The notes: generated from the letters alone by a model not told the origin. Shown: positions 50,421 to 60,514, numbered from the stretch's first letter. The stretch: 64,000 nucleotides of DNA from Arenicellales bacterium (GCA_965200715.1 OZ241374.1:709697-773696); one strand, 5' to 3'. Program-made: numbers and translations.

Positions 50421-51509
50421 ATGAAAATACCGGAGATGATCATGACATTGATTCGACACGGGATCAGTGATTTTAATATTGAAGGGCGTTTTCAAGGATC
50501 CGGTAATTTGGCCAAGTTATCAAAGAAGGGAATCGAACAGGCTTACCTAGTAGGCGATACGCTGCGTGATCATTTGATAGACAACATTTATACAAGTCCG
50601 CTTCTGCGTGCCAAACAAACCGCCGAGATTATCGCAAAGGTTATTGACCATCCCCATCCAATTCAGTTTGATGATCGTCTGCGAGAAGTAGACATTCCAG
50701 AATGGCAGGGGTTGAGATACTCGGAAATTCTTCAACGCAATCCCACCCTTCACAAAACGTTTTATGCAAGTCCAGAAAATTTTGAAATGTACTTGAACGG
50801 GATCTTGAGAAGGCCGCTCTTTGAGCTTTACCAAAGGGTATCTGGATTTATGCATGAGCAAATATCAAAATCGAATTCACGCATTCTTGTAGTCTCACAC
50901 CTCGGTACCAATCAGGCCCTGATTAATGCTGCTCTGGGTCTATCAGACAGGGACCATCATCGTATCCAACAATCCCATTGTGCACTTAGTCGACTGGAAT
51001 TTCGTGCCACCGGGGCTGCTGAATTAACCAAATTGAACAATACCAGACATTTGGGCCAGTCTCTACCAAAAATCAAATCACAAAAGACTGGGGTCAGGTT
51101 GATTTGTATCGGTTGTACAGATCGAAAAAATATGATGGATTTAGATTTCAATATTTCGCACTTTGAGGAGAGATGTATCTGGGTCGAAAGTGGCTTTGAT
51201 ACCGAGGGAGTGGAATTCCCAGTTGAACCAGTTGTATTCAGGGAAAGTCTAGACGAGTTGGATCAATCACTAACTGAGCGGATCAATCGATTACGAAGAA
51301 ACAGCAATAAATTACAGACTCTCTTAATAGTAGTACGCTCTGATTCTTTGACAAAAATCGCTGAATCACTTTTTGGGGTACCGCCGATATTTTTTTCGAG
51401 TGTGAAAAACTCGAGTAAATTTGTTATGATTATCCATGGTTCATCAGAGCATAAAAGACCGATTGTGCAGTTGCTCAATAATTCTATTGAGGGTTTTCTG
51501 AAGCAATAG
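50421..51509 (+). CDS. Histidine phosphatase family protein with a degenerate second domain
   Basis: LIRHG..FN.EGRFQG, SPLLRAKQTA, LRE, VSH; linker LNNTRHLGQSLPK..K.GVRL; the C-terminal half has no RHG. Confidence 0.88.
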   Translation: MKIPEMIMTLIRHGISDFNIEGRFQGSGNLAKLSKKGIEQAYLVGDTLRDHLIDNIYTSPLLRAKQTAEIIAKVIDHPHPIQFDDRLREVDIPEWQGLRYSEILQRNPTLHKTFYASPENFEMYLNGILRRPLFELYQRVSGFMHEQISKSNSRILVVSHLGTNQALINAALGLSDRDHHRIQQSHCALSRLEFRATGAAELTKLNNTRHLGQSLPKIKSQKTGVRLICIGCTDRKNMMDLDFNISHFEERCIWVESGFDTEGVEFPVEPVVFRESLDELDQSLTERINRLRRNSNKLQTLLIVVRSDSLTKIAESLFGVPPIFFSSVKNSSKFVMIIHGSSEHKRPIVQLLNNSIEGFLKQ

Positions 51510-52338
51510 GGTTGTCTGTATGAGATGCCCATTCTGTCCATGAACCGTCATACAGGCGATGCATTCCAAGCCCGCAAATTACTAGTGCCAGATTGATGAC
51601 GGCTGCGCTCACGCCAGAGCCGCACGAAGTAATCAGTTTCTGGTCATCAACAATACCTAGATTCTCAAAAATTTGTTTGAGATCTTCAACTGATTTGAGT
51701 CTTCCATTTTCAAGTAACTCGGTAAAAGGTAGTGAGAGTGCACCGGGCATGTGTCCGCTTTTCAGTTCGGGTCGTGGTTCGAGTGACGAACCCGAGAATC
51801 GTCCAGCACTACGCGCATCAAGAATGACTGATTCGGCAGTTTCAAGATTATTTAATATGTCCTGCATAGACGCCACTTTGCCTGAATCAAAATCGATATC
51901 AAATGTTCCTATAGTGATGTCTGGTTCCCGTTCGCTGATCGGGAAACTTTCAGCCAACCATGCGGGTAGTCCACCAGACAGCAAGCGGATTGACCTATGT
52001 CCAAAAACCCGAAACATCCACCATACTCTAGCCGCAGAGAACAATCCTTTACCGTCATATACGACTACTCGTGAGTGACTGGAAACTCCCAGTCTTTCAA
52101 CAGCCTTAGCAAAATAGTCCGGCTTGGGTAGCATATGAGGTAAACCACTATCTGGATTGGAGATTTCATCAATATCGAAGAATCTAGCCGTTGGAATATG
52201 TCGAATTCGAAACTCGTCTTGTGGATTCCGATTTTCTGTAGGCAAGTACCAAGAGCCATCTAGTACTACAAGGTTGGGTTCTCCAATTCGCTTTGCTAAC
52301 TCATTAGGAGTGATCAGTGGGAATTCTGTATGGTTCAT
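51484..52338 (-). CDS. sseA: 3-mercaptopyruvate/thiosulfate sulfurtransferase (tandem rhodanese)
   Basis: Start set at ATG 52338. VLDGSWYLP, HIPTARFFDID, LPHMLP, SGHMPGA, active-site SCGSGVSA, LYDGSWTEW. Confidence 0.94.
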   Translation of the reverse strand: MNHTEFPLITPNELAKRIGEPNLVVLDGSWYLPTENRNPQDEFRIRHIPTARFFDIDEISNPDSGLPHMLPKPDYFAKAVERLGVSSHSRVVVYDGKGLFSAARVWWMFRVFGHRSIRLLSGGLPAWLAESFPISEREPDITIGTFDIDFDSGKVASMQDILNNLETAESVILDARSAGRFSGSSLEPRPELKSGHMPGALSLPFTELLENGRLKSVEDLKQIFENLGIVDDQKLITSCGSGVSAAVINLALVICGLGMHRLYDGSWTEWASHTDNPIASENPQ

Positions 52339-52415
52339 CAAAATTTGGCGGTGTATAGATCTGATTTTTCTACAATGAAAATACCAGTTCAGAGAATCAA
52401 TCAATTGGGGGGTTA

Positions 52416-53408
52416 TTATTGCTGACTACTCATCTGATGCTTCGGTTCAAAATGTCCGAGTTGTCTTAAGTCTGTTGATCCTACATTACAACCGATTTGC
52501 TGCGTTTTTTTCGGCAAATCGGATCCAATATTTTCCTCGTCTCTCCTCCTGATCGTAACAGAAATCTCAAGCCTTGCGTCTCCGCCTCCGAGCAAGACTC
52601 CCCGGGTTGGTGAGACATCTGAGTAATCGCGTCCTCTAGCTAGTCGGATATGACGGTGGTCTACGACACTATTATTGGTTGGATCAAAGCCTATCCAACC
52701 GATTTCAGGAAGCCAGAATTCAGCCCAAGCATGGCTAGCACCTTGAGGGCTTTGCTCGCCAGGTACACCTTCTAGAAATAAATAGCCGGACACATAACGG
52801 CTGGGTATACCCCAAGAACGTGCTAGAGCAATCATGACATGACTGTAGTCCTGACATACTCCTTTCCCAGTGGTAAGAATTTGTTCAATGGATGAATCAA
52901 CGCTAGTGCTATTCGGTTCATAGGTAAATACTTTATGCAGAGTGTTGCAGGCCTTACGTAAACTTTGAAGTGGGTCCTCTATCGATGAAAGATTGTGTTT
53001 TTCCGCTAAGTCTGCCAGTAATCGCGAGGGCTTGGTATATTTCCCATTGACTAGATAGTCCCAGAAAATGGTGCTATGTTGAATTTTTTGCAGACATTCC
53101 CAAGCATCTGGTCCAAGAGATTCCGGTAAATTTGGGGATATGGAGGTTTGTACCACTGAACGACTGTGAACAGTTGTGTTCATATGACTACGATGAATAT
53201 TGAACAGATGATAACGATTTCCAAATGAGTCATTGCAGGGAATCGGTATGGTTATCGGGTCGATATTAATTTCAAACGAATGGAGTTGTTGGCTTTCTTC
53301 ATGTAGAGGTTGTAAGTAAACTGTCATTACGCTTTCTGTAGCTGGTTCGCTATAAGTATAGACAGAATGATGATCAACGATGAAATACGGTTGTGAGGAT
53401 GATGTCAT
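52416..53408 (-). CDS. Transglutaminase-like protein (N-terminal beta domain plus catalytic core)
   Basis: HHSVYTYSEP; triad GVCQDYSH (Cys), SHAW (His), FDPTN (Asp); RGRDYSDVSP. Confidence 0.93.
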   Translation of the reverse strand: MTSSSQPYFIVDHHSVYTYSEPATESVMTVYLQPLHEESQQLHSFEINIDPITIPIPCNDSFGNRYHLFNIHRSHMNTTVHSRSVVQTSISPNLPESLGPDAWECLQKIQHSTIFWDYLVNGKYTKPSRLLADLAEKHNLSSIEDPLQSLRKACNTLHKVFTYEPNSTSVDSSIEQILTTGKGVCQDYSHVMIALARSWGIPSRYVSGYLFLEGVPGEQSPQGASHAWAEFWLPEIGWIGFDPTNNSVVDHRHIRLARGRDYSDVSPTRGVLLGGGDARLEISVTIRRRDEENIGSDLPKKTQQIGCNVGSTDLRQLGHFEPKHQMSSQQ

Positions 53409-54388
53409 GCTGGAGGTGTATCCTCTATTTCGTAAAAAAAGTAGTTTTGTTCTAAATCATGGTTTAGCAGCTGGCAGGCATGGTTAACACGATTAATAAT
53501 GTCGAGAGTTTGTAAATCATCCTGTTTGTTTCGATTGGGCCATTGATCTTCAAATAGTGCTAGGGCATTTCGAATCTGAAGTCCGGGCCTGTTTTTCTGA
53601 TCGGGGTGATTTGCTGTCAGTTCCGACAAAATATGCTGAATTTTCGTAAGTGCTGAATACGCTGATATTGCCAATTTTTCATCTGCGAATAGAAATTCGA
53701 TTACTTGATGCGGATTGAACTTGATGGAATATTGATTTCTGAAAGCACTTCGTACTTCGCATATGCCCAATAGCGAACTCCAATTCCACTCACGATGCGC
53801 TTCAGAAGTAGGGAACAAATTAATATGGGACCGCAGTAAAGATGTTATATTAATGGTTCTTTCCTGAAAAATCCCGACCCTCAAAAAGAGCCATCCATGA
53901 TCACGATACATAGTGCTGTCAGCAACTCCGTTAAAGGTTCTTACAGCTAGTGCAGCTTTGGTTAAAAAATCTTCGGGCTGAGTATTCCATATGTCCTGTA
54001 GGCGGACATCACGCATTTCAAGGTATGCAACATTGAGACAGGTCCACATCTCATAGGTGATATTGTTGCGAATTTGACGGGCGTTTTCTCTGGCTGTTGC
54101 CAAGCAACTCAATACCGCATCGGGGTTGTAGCTTTCAAAAACCAGATCGTCTGTGAGCGTGAATACATCAGCCAACATAAAATGTTCTTCATCCATGTTC
54201 TGGTCTAATTCCACGCTGACCGGTTGAGTCCCGAGTGTGGTATAAAGACGCTTCCAACCAGCATGGATGTCCTCGATGGGGCGGTCTTGTATCGCTCGCA
54301 ATTGATCAATAATCAGTCGACTAACAAAACTGGCACGCTCCATATATCGTCCGATCCAGTATAGACCATAGGCGTTTCTTGAGAGCAT
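53405..54388 (-). CDS. Alpha-E domain protein (DUF403)
   Basis: MLSRNA..LYWIGRYMERA, ARENARQIR..I..EMW, second ER motif GIFQERT. Confidence 0.92.
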   Translation of the reverse strand: MLSRNAYGLYWIGRYMERASFVSRLIIDQLRAIQDRPIEDIHAGWKRLYTTLGTQPVSVELDQNMDEEHFMLADVFTLTDDLVFESYNPDAVLSCLATARENARQIRNNITYEMWTCLNVAYLEMRDVRLQDIWNTQPEDFLTKAALAVRTFNGVADSTMYRDHGWLFLRVGIFQERTINITSLLRSHINLFPTSEAHREWNWSSLLGICEVRSAFRNQYSIKFNPHQVIEFLFADEKLAISAYSALTKIQHILSELTANHPDQKNRPGLQIRNALALFEDQWPNRNKQDDLQTLDIINRVNHACQLLNHDLEQNYFFYEIEDTPPA

Positions 54389-54391
54389 AAC

Positions 54392-55876
54392 TTAATCCAT
54401 GACTACCCAGAAATCTTTGCCGCCGCCGCCCTGACTTGAGTTCACAACTAAAGAACCTTCAGTCAGTGCCACTCGACAAAACCCGCCTGGGACAATATTG
54501 CATTCTTTTGCTTGTAAAACAAAGGGGCGTAAATCAACGTGCCGAGGTGCTGCGCCATGTGGTGTAAGGCAGGGCATTCTGGAAAGGTCCAGAGTAGGTT
54601 GGGCAATAAAATTAGCCGGGTCGTTGCGTATTTCCCGAGCATATTCATCACGCGCTTCTGGAGTGGCATGTGGTCCAACGAGCATTCCATATCCTCCGGA
54701 TTCGCCCACCATTTTGACCACTAACTTATCAAGATTATCCAGAGTATATTCGAGGCCATCAGGATTTCGGCAGAGATACGTTTCAACATTTGAGAGTATT
54801 GGTTCTTCAGCTAGATAATAACGAATTATATCAGGTACATAGGTATACACACTTTTATCGTCTGCTACACCAGTTCCAGGTGCATTGGCGATTGCTATGT
54901 TACCCAAACGGAAAGCGTGAAATAGCCCCGGAACTCCCAATTGGCTATCAGGCATGAAGGTAAGCGGGTCGATATACATATCGTCAACTCTGCGGTAGAT
55001 CACATCCACGCGTTTCAAGCCACTGGTTGTTCGCATGTAGACAAATCCATTGTGAACAAGCAAATCCTGACCTTGGACGATTTCGACACCCATTTCACGA
55101 GCTAAAAACACATGCTCATAAAATGCTGAGTTGTAGACTCCTGGGGTTAATACTACCACGCAGGGATTGTCGGTATTGTATGGAGCAAGTTCATTCAGGG
55201 TTTGTCGTAACAATGCTCCGTATTGTTCAATGCTTTGCACTGAATATTGCCGAAACAACTGACGTAGATTCGATTTCACTGCTTTGCGGTTGGCGAGCAT
55301 ATAGGAGACACCTGAGGGAACTCGTAGATTATCTTCAAGTACTTTGAAGCCATCGGTATCGCGCACTAGATCAGTACCACAAATGGAAACATGAACTCCT
55401 TGGGGTAGACCGATACCACGCATTTCAGGACGGTATTGCGGACACCCGTAGATCATATCGATTGGAATGACGCCATCATTAAGAATTTTGGCATCGTTAT
55501 AGATATCATGCAGAAACAGGTTAAGCGCTTTGAGTCTTTGTTTGAGTCCAGAGTCAATATGGTTCCAATCTTTCATACTGATCAGACGAGGAAGGCAGTC
55601 AATAGGAATAATTCTTTCTAACTTCGAGGTTTCGCTTGCGACTGAAAATGTGATGCCATCACGACGGAATGATTGTTCAACCTGAGATTGCATTTTGAGC
55701 AAGTTATCAGGTGGGATTTGATGAAGGGTTTTCCACAATAATTCACAATGTGGGTAGGGCTTACCATCTGATGAAAACATCTCGTCAAAGAACCGAGTAT
55801 CAAGCGAATAATCATCAAATAGTCCTTTAACTGATTCAGTATTATTCTGATCCGTCCCATCGCTGGCAATATTCAT
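54392..55876 (-). CDS. Circularly permuted type 2 ATP-grasp protein (DUF404/407)
   Basis: FDEMF, GITF, ERIIPID..PR, VLEDNLRVPSGVSYML, TPGVYNSAFYEH, IYRRVDD, ANAPGTGVADDK, RHVDLRPF, VNSSQGGGGKD. Confidence 0.95.
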   Translation of the reverse strand: MNIASDGTDQNNTESVKGLFDDYSLDTRFFDEMFSSDGKPYPHCELLWKTLHQIPPDNLLKMQSQVEQSFRRDGITFSVASETSKLERIIPIDCLPRLISMKDWNHIDSGLKQRLKALNLFLHDIYNDAKILNDGVIPIDMIYGCPQYRPEMRGIGLPQGVHVSICGTDLVRDTDGFKVLEDNLRVPSGVSYMLANRKAVKSNLRQLFRQYSVQSIEQYGALLRQTLNELAPYNTDNPCVVVLTPGVYNSAFYEHVFLAREMGVEIVQGQDLLVHNGFVYMRTTSGLKRVDVIYRRVDDMYIDPLTFMPDSQLGVPGLFHAFRLGNIAIANAPGTGVADDKSVYTYVPDIIRYYLAEEPILSNVETYLCRNPDGLEYTLDNLDKLVVKMVGESGGYGMLVGPHATPEARDEYAREIRNDPANFIAQPTLDLSRMPCLTPHGAAPRHVDLRPFVLQAKECNIVPGGFCRVALTEGSLVVNSSQGGGGKDFWVVMD

Positions 55877-56027
55877 GTCGGTACAATTTTTTGAATGTGA
55901 TTACATTCTAAGAATTTGTATCGCTTGGTTCAATAGCTTTGAGCTGAAATTTTGAATAATGAGCGGGGTTCATCATTATGAAAGGTGGAGATAAAGGAAA
56001 TCAGATCACTTCAGTTGGCTAGTCAAT

Positions 56028-56300
56028 TTATCTCGGGCAGTTCTTAATTCGACCAGTCGCACGATGAAACTCGCTAAACACACGCTCGTCGGTCGACGTT
56101 GAAAGAGAGAAAATCAAAGCTGCCCTGGGCCGTGTTTTACGTTACTATCAGGAATTTTCTCAATACTGGCATGCAGTTTAATGATGTTGACGGCTGTTGT
56201 GAAAAGTGTCTGGCTATATGTCCGTTGAGCCGTGTGATACACTGTTACTTGGATTCGGCTGCACCGACTCTGCGATGACACTCGTATCAAGCACGATATA
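56028..56300 (-). pseudogene. Decayed FitB/VapC PIN-domain toxin
   Basis: Across frames: IVLDTSVIAESVQPNP / QTLFTTAVNIIKL..SIEKIPD / FNVD..VFSEFHRATGRI, matching the PIN pattern IVLDTNVISE..RP.P...LFTTAIT.AEL..G...LP. Confidence 0.7.
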
Positions 56301-56398
56301 AATACTTCGTTGCATTTATCGGTTCCTAGTTTCTCACCATGTCCGAAAACGATATATCGATCCCGCGTAAAGATCACGATAATGTTGCCCTGTTTTTC

Positions 56399-56526
56399 TT
56401 AGGTTCGTGTGGCTTGATCCAATAATTCTCTGGCTATCGCCACCGTGCTAATATCCGTTAGCGGGCGAGAAACTTGATACGGAGATGGACTTCATCGGGG
56501 AAGTTGTGTACGGTTATATTTGCCAT
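56399..56526 (-). pseudogene. Decayed FitA-like ribbon-helix-helix antitoxin
   Basis: MANITVHNFPDEVHLRIKFLAR*, then a frameshift to DISTVAIARELLDQA; lies upstream of the PIN relic. Confidence 0.7.
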
Positions 56527-56694
56527 AATATTCTTCAATGAAGTGTGATGCGAGCACTGATGTCATAAGGGTTAATTACAAGCAAAATAGCAGGTGATAT
56601 CAGCATGTGCCGCGATTTATTTGCGCAAACAGATAATTCGGTCAAAATTCGCGCTATGCAATTATGTTGTTTCGCTTAGAGATTTCGTTTCGGA

Positions 56695-57900
56695 TCAAAG
56701 TAATGATTGCTTTCTCACAAAGTTCATCAGACTTGGAATGCCCGGCTCATAACACAGTAACGGATCTTCTCCTTTGACTTCATCATGAACGGTAATTTGC
56801 CAGATATAGCCGATATGTGACAATTTCCGGATATTTTCTTGAACTGTTTCATTGGACACCAATACTCCCTGTTTTTGCAAAGATAGCCCAACTAGCTTCT
56901 CCAATTTTTGTACAGGAATGGACTGATTGCCGGTTTCTGTGAAACTATTGCCGATATCGGTAGCCAACAGCATCAAATTCAACTTATTTAGTTCGTTGTA
57001 GCGTTGCTTGTAGATGTTCGCACATTTCGCAATCGCTGAATGCTCAGCCTCTAGAAGTTTTTCCATCGTCAATTGTTGTGATTCGGTTACTATGAGTCGG
57101 TTGGCAATGCAATCCCCCCATATCTGTATAAAGTAAGGGTAGTTATGGGCACGATGTACCACCTCTTCGACAACTCCTTTAACACAGGATACCTTGCATG
57201 ATTGTAGTGGTATTTCGATCGCTAGCTGAGCGTCTTCAAGTGAAAGACGCCCCAATGGAAATACGTTACTTTTATCCCAAAAAGTCGCACTGGATTGATT
57301 TAATGTTGTTTCAAGGTCAGGAGTACCTGACAGTACCAGAAACAGCGGCCAGTCCTCTCCTCGGATATCTTGGCTGGCATTCAATAAAGCCATCCCAATA
57401 TCTGGATTCAGCGTATGAGCTTCATCCATGATCATAATAAAGGGTTTTTTTTTGCACTTCTCCCTCAATAGGGCTTTAAGTGCAAGTGTTTCTTTAGGTC
57501 GACTCAAGCCTGTTTTTACTTGGGCGACTCCAATATTGGCTGAAGCTGATAAATTATCAAACACGGGCCTTACAATCTCCCGGGCTTTCGTCAAGAGACT
57601 CGTATCATTGCCTACGATCAGATCAATCAGCTCCCCCATGTCCTCAAATTCCGAGGGTGTAACCCAAAGAGTCTCTATTCTGTCGTCTGTTCTCTTCTGC
57701 AAATAGCGTAACATCGCAGTCTTGCCATTACCACGAGGTCCATAGACAATCATGTCACGGCCTATTTTCCGCTTCTCAATAAGTTTTTCCACCTGATCAT
57801 TGAAAAAGGCTTGCTCTTCTAAACGCCCTGCCAAATAAGGTGGCTCTACACCTGTTCCCGGTTGAAACAGATTTTTCAGTCTTAGCTTGGATTCAATCAT
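56695..57900 (-). CDS. P-loop AAA ATPase (AAA_16/archaeal-ATPase-like), intact
   Basis: FQPGTGVEPPYLAGR, Walker A GPRGNGKT, Walker B IMDEAH, YPYFIQIWG, YEPGIPSLM. Confidence 0.9.
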   Translation of the reverse strand: MIESKLRLKNLFQPGTGVEPPYLAGRLEEQAFFNDQVEKLIEKRKIGRDMIVYGPRGNGKTAMLRYLQKRTDDRIETLWVTPSEFEDMGELIDLIVGNDTSLLTKAREIVRPVFDNLSASANIGVAQVKTGLSRPKETLALKALLREKCKKKPFIMIMDEAHTLNPDIGMALLNASQDIRGEDWPLFLVLSGTPDLETTLNQSSATFWDKSNVFPLGRLSLEDAQLAIEIPLQSCKVSCVKGVVEEVVHRAHNYPYFIQIWGDCIANRLIVTESQQLTMEKLLEAEHSAIAKCANIYKQRYNELNKLNLMLLATDIGNSFTETGNQSIPVQKLEKLVGLSLQKQGVLVSNETVQENIRKLSHIGYIWQITVHDEVKGEDPLLCYEPGIPSLMNFVRKQSLL

Positions 57901-58385
57901 GCTTTTTCGGTTTCTTGACAGGATTCCCTAGGCAGGCATCATTTCAAGATGTTTTCTTATTTATTACAATGATACATTATTTTCGGAATATGCCAGAAAG
58001 ATCAGAATCGCGATAGGAAAGCAGGTCTTATTTGAGCACAATTCTTTTCTATTATTTCCATGGATATTGCCGTAATCGGGAGTAATCTCCTCATCAAAGG
58101 TTTATTGGGAGGCGTTCCTGATCTAGAGTAACAGGAACATTTTCATTTCACGGTTTACAAACATTCGTTCAATCTGTTAAATGCGGTGCATAGCTTACTA
58201 ACTCATTTTTCAATCGTTAAATACATGAGTCAGAAACAAAGAAGGACTATATGCTTGTCAACAAAGGGCATAGCAGTGAAAGTATGACAAAATCTGCGTA
58301 ATTATTTACTATCAAGTAGGCGTTTCGATGGATAATATTCTGAGCAGTTCACTATATAGAGATTGATTCAAGAAAATCACAAGCT

Positions 58386-59192
58386 ATGGAAAAACATATC
58401 AGTATCGTAGTACTCGGTTATGGTCCAATTGCTCGCTATGTTATCGATCAGATATCAGACGAACCGCGGATTCGAATTCTTGCATTGGTATCACGAAAAT
58501 CCTCAATCCGAAAAGCGCAACAATTCGCTAATGGCCAATTCCCTATCGTTACAACAATCAATGAAGTCAGCATAAAACCAGATATTGTTGTTGATTGCTC
58601 GGGGCATTCCGGTCTAACTGAACATGGGCCTGTAGCACTTAAGACAGGTATCAATGTGATTTCAATCTCAACCGGAGCACTTGCAAATCCAGGGTTTCTT
58701 GATCAGCTGGAAATAAATGCGAAGGCTGGAGAATCGACGATTAAGTTTCTCTCTGGTGCAGTTGGTGGAATTGACTGCTTGTTGGCTGCCAATATCGGAG
58801 GAATGGACGAAGTCCGATACGTGGGCAGAAAGCCACCACATGGCTGGACCGATTCATATGCCGAACAATTTTGTGATTTGGAAAACTTACAGCAACCGTT
58901 TGTGCACTTTGCCGGCACGGCTAGAGAGGCAGCAAGATTGTATCCAGCAAATGCCAACGTTGCTGCGACCATCGCGCTAGCAAGCATTGGACTTGATTAT
59001 GTGACTGTAGAACTGATAGCAGACCCAGGTATATTGCGAAACATTCATCAAATCGAGGCGACCGGCAAATTTGGAACTATGAAATTCCATATCGAAGGCA
59101 ATCCACTCGAAACCAACCCCAAATCATCAGCCTTGGCAGCAATGAGTATCGTCCAAGAACTTAGACAACAAATCAGTTCTTTGCGTTTTTAG
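58386..59192 (+). CDS. nadX: L-aspartate dehydrogenase
   Basis: LGYGPIA, STGALA, SGAVGGID, YVGRKPP, GTAREAARLYPANANVAATIALA, NPKSSALAA. Confidence 0.93.
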   Translation: MEKHISIVVLGYGPIARYVIDQISDEPRIRILALVSRKSSIRKAQQFANGQFPIVTTINEVSIKPDIVVDCSGHSGLTEHGPVALKTGINVISISTGALANPGFLDQLEINAKAGESTIKFLSGAVGGIDCLLAANIGGMDEVRYVGRKPPHGWTDSYAEQFCDLENLQQPFVHFAGTAREAARLYPANANVAATIALASIGLDYVTVELIADPGILRNIHQIEATGKFGTMKFHIEGNPLETNPKSSALAAMSIVQELRQQISSLRF

Positions 59193-59253
59193 CTCCTGAG
59201 AAACTGTGAACACAGTAATGACATGAACAGACCACGAATGCCTGATCTACCGT

Positions 59254-60513
59254 TTACCAAACAGATTGTTGTTTAAATCGATCGGCTGAAAAGGGCTCGA
59301 TATCGATAGAAGGTTTTTCTCCTGCCACTATTTCGGAAACTAGTTTGCCAGTTATGCCGGCTAGGGTCAGCCCCAAATGTTGATGACCAAACGCATAGAA
59401 AGTGTTCGGAGATTTGATTGATGCGCCAATAACCGGCAAAGCATCGGGTAAAGTAGGTCTGAAACCGAGCCAGTCTGAATCAGGTTGCTCGTTCAAGTCA
59501 AACATCTGTTTGGCTTTATTTTCCATAAAAGCGATTCGCTCGGGATTTTTTGGTTTATTCAGTCCATCAATCTCTACTGTTCCCGCTATTCTCAAACCCA
59601 TATCCAAGGGAACAGCATAAACAGCATACCTGTTCCAGCTAATTGGCCTTTCAATCAGGTTCTCGTTTCCTGAATATTGAATATGATAACCCCTCTCAGT
59701 TCCGAGTGGGATACGCTCAACATCGCACCCCTCAATTTTTGTCGAATGGGCTCCAGCACAAATCAACAAACGATTAGCACGCAGAAATTTTCTGCTTCGC
59801 ATGAAGATTTTCATGCCATCTTCAGTATGAATCACACCTTGTGCCATCTCGTGGATATGTTGACCGCCTGAGGCCAGAAAATGGTCGAAATATTTTTTTA
59901 CAAGTTTCTGAGGATGTTTGATATGTGTGATGTCTTCATAGAGTAACCCCCGATGGAATTTCAGTTTCAATGCGGGTTCAATCTCTTGAATTTCTGAAGT
60001 ATTCAGATCACGAAATTTTGCGCCAAACTCAGCTCTAATCTGCTGTTTTGGCAAATCATCTTCGAACTCTGCTTGAGTCTCAAAAAGATTCAAAAAACCG
60101 GTATCCGCGAGTAATCCTCCTGCATCCGTCTGTTTGACGAGTGGTATGAAGCCTTCATTCGTGGCATTGAGTAAGCTAGCCAAATGTCGAGTTATAAGGT
60201 CAACTTTCGATTTTTTACAGTTTTTCAAGAACGAAAGGATCCAGGGTAAATGACTGAGTAAATGCCAAGGATCAATTCGGACTGGGCTATCCTGCTGAAA
60301 AATAAATCGAGTTGGTTGATTAAGAATAACGGGGTCGTTTACGGGAATACAAGCATAGGTAGCGATCGTGCATGCAGAACCAGATGTGGTACCTGATCCC
60401 GGATCATTCTCATCGATCAGTGTGACGTTGAATCCTTTGTTTTGAAGCCATAGTGCACAACTGACACCCACAATGCCAGCACCAACGACGGCCACATGAA
60501 TGTTGTTCTTCAA
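59254..60513 (-). CDS. FAD-dependent D-amino-acid dehydrogenase-like oxidoreductase (DadA family)
   Basis: VAVVGAGIVGVSCA, ERGYH, WLGFRPTLPDALPVIG, FGHQHLGLT. Start placed at TTG 60513, just after the DUF2237 stop. Confidence 0.88.
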   Translation of the reverse strand: MKNNIHVAVVGAGIVGVSCALWLQNKGFNVTLIDENDPGSGTTSGSACTIATYACIPVNDPVILNQPTRFIFQQDSPVRIDPWHLLSHLPWILSFLKNCKKSKVDLITRHLASLLNATNEGFIPLVKQTDAGGLLADTGFLNLFETQAEFEDDLPKQQIRAEFGAKFRDLNTSEIQEIEPALKLKFHRGLLYEDITHIKHPQKLVKKYFDHFLASGGQHIHEMAQGVIHTEDGMKIFMRSRKFLRANRLLICAGAHSTKIEGCDVERIPLGTERGYHIQYSGNENLIERPISWNRYAVYAVPLDMGLRIAGTVEIDGLNKPKNPERIAFMENKAKQMFDLNEQPDSDWLGFRPTLPDALPVIGASIKSPNTFYAFGHQHLGLTLAGITGKLVSEIVAGEKPSIDIEPFSADRFKQQSVW

Positions 60514-60514
60514 T

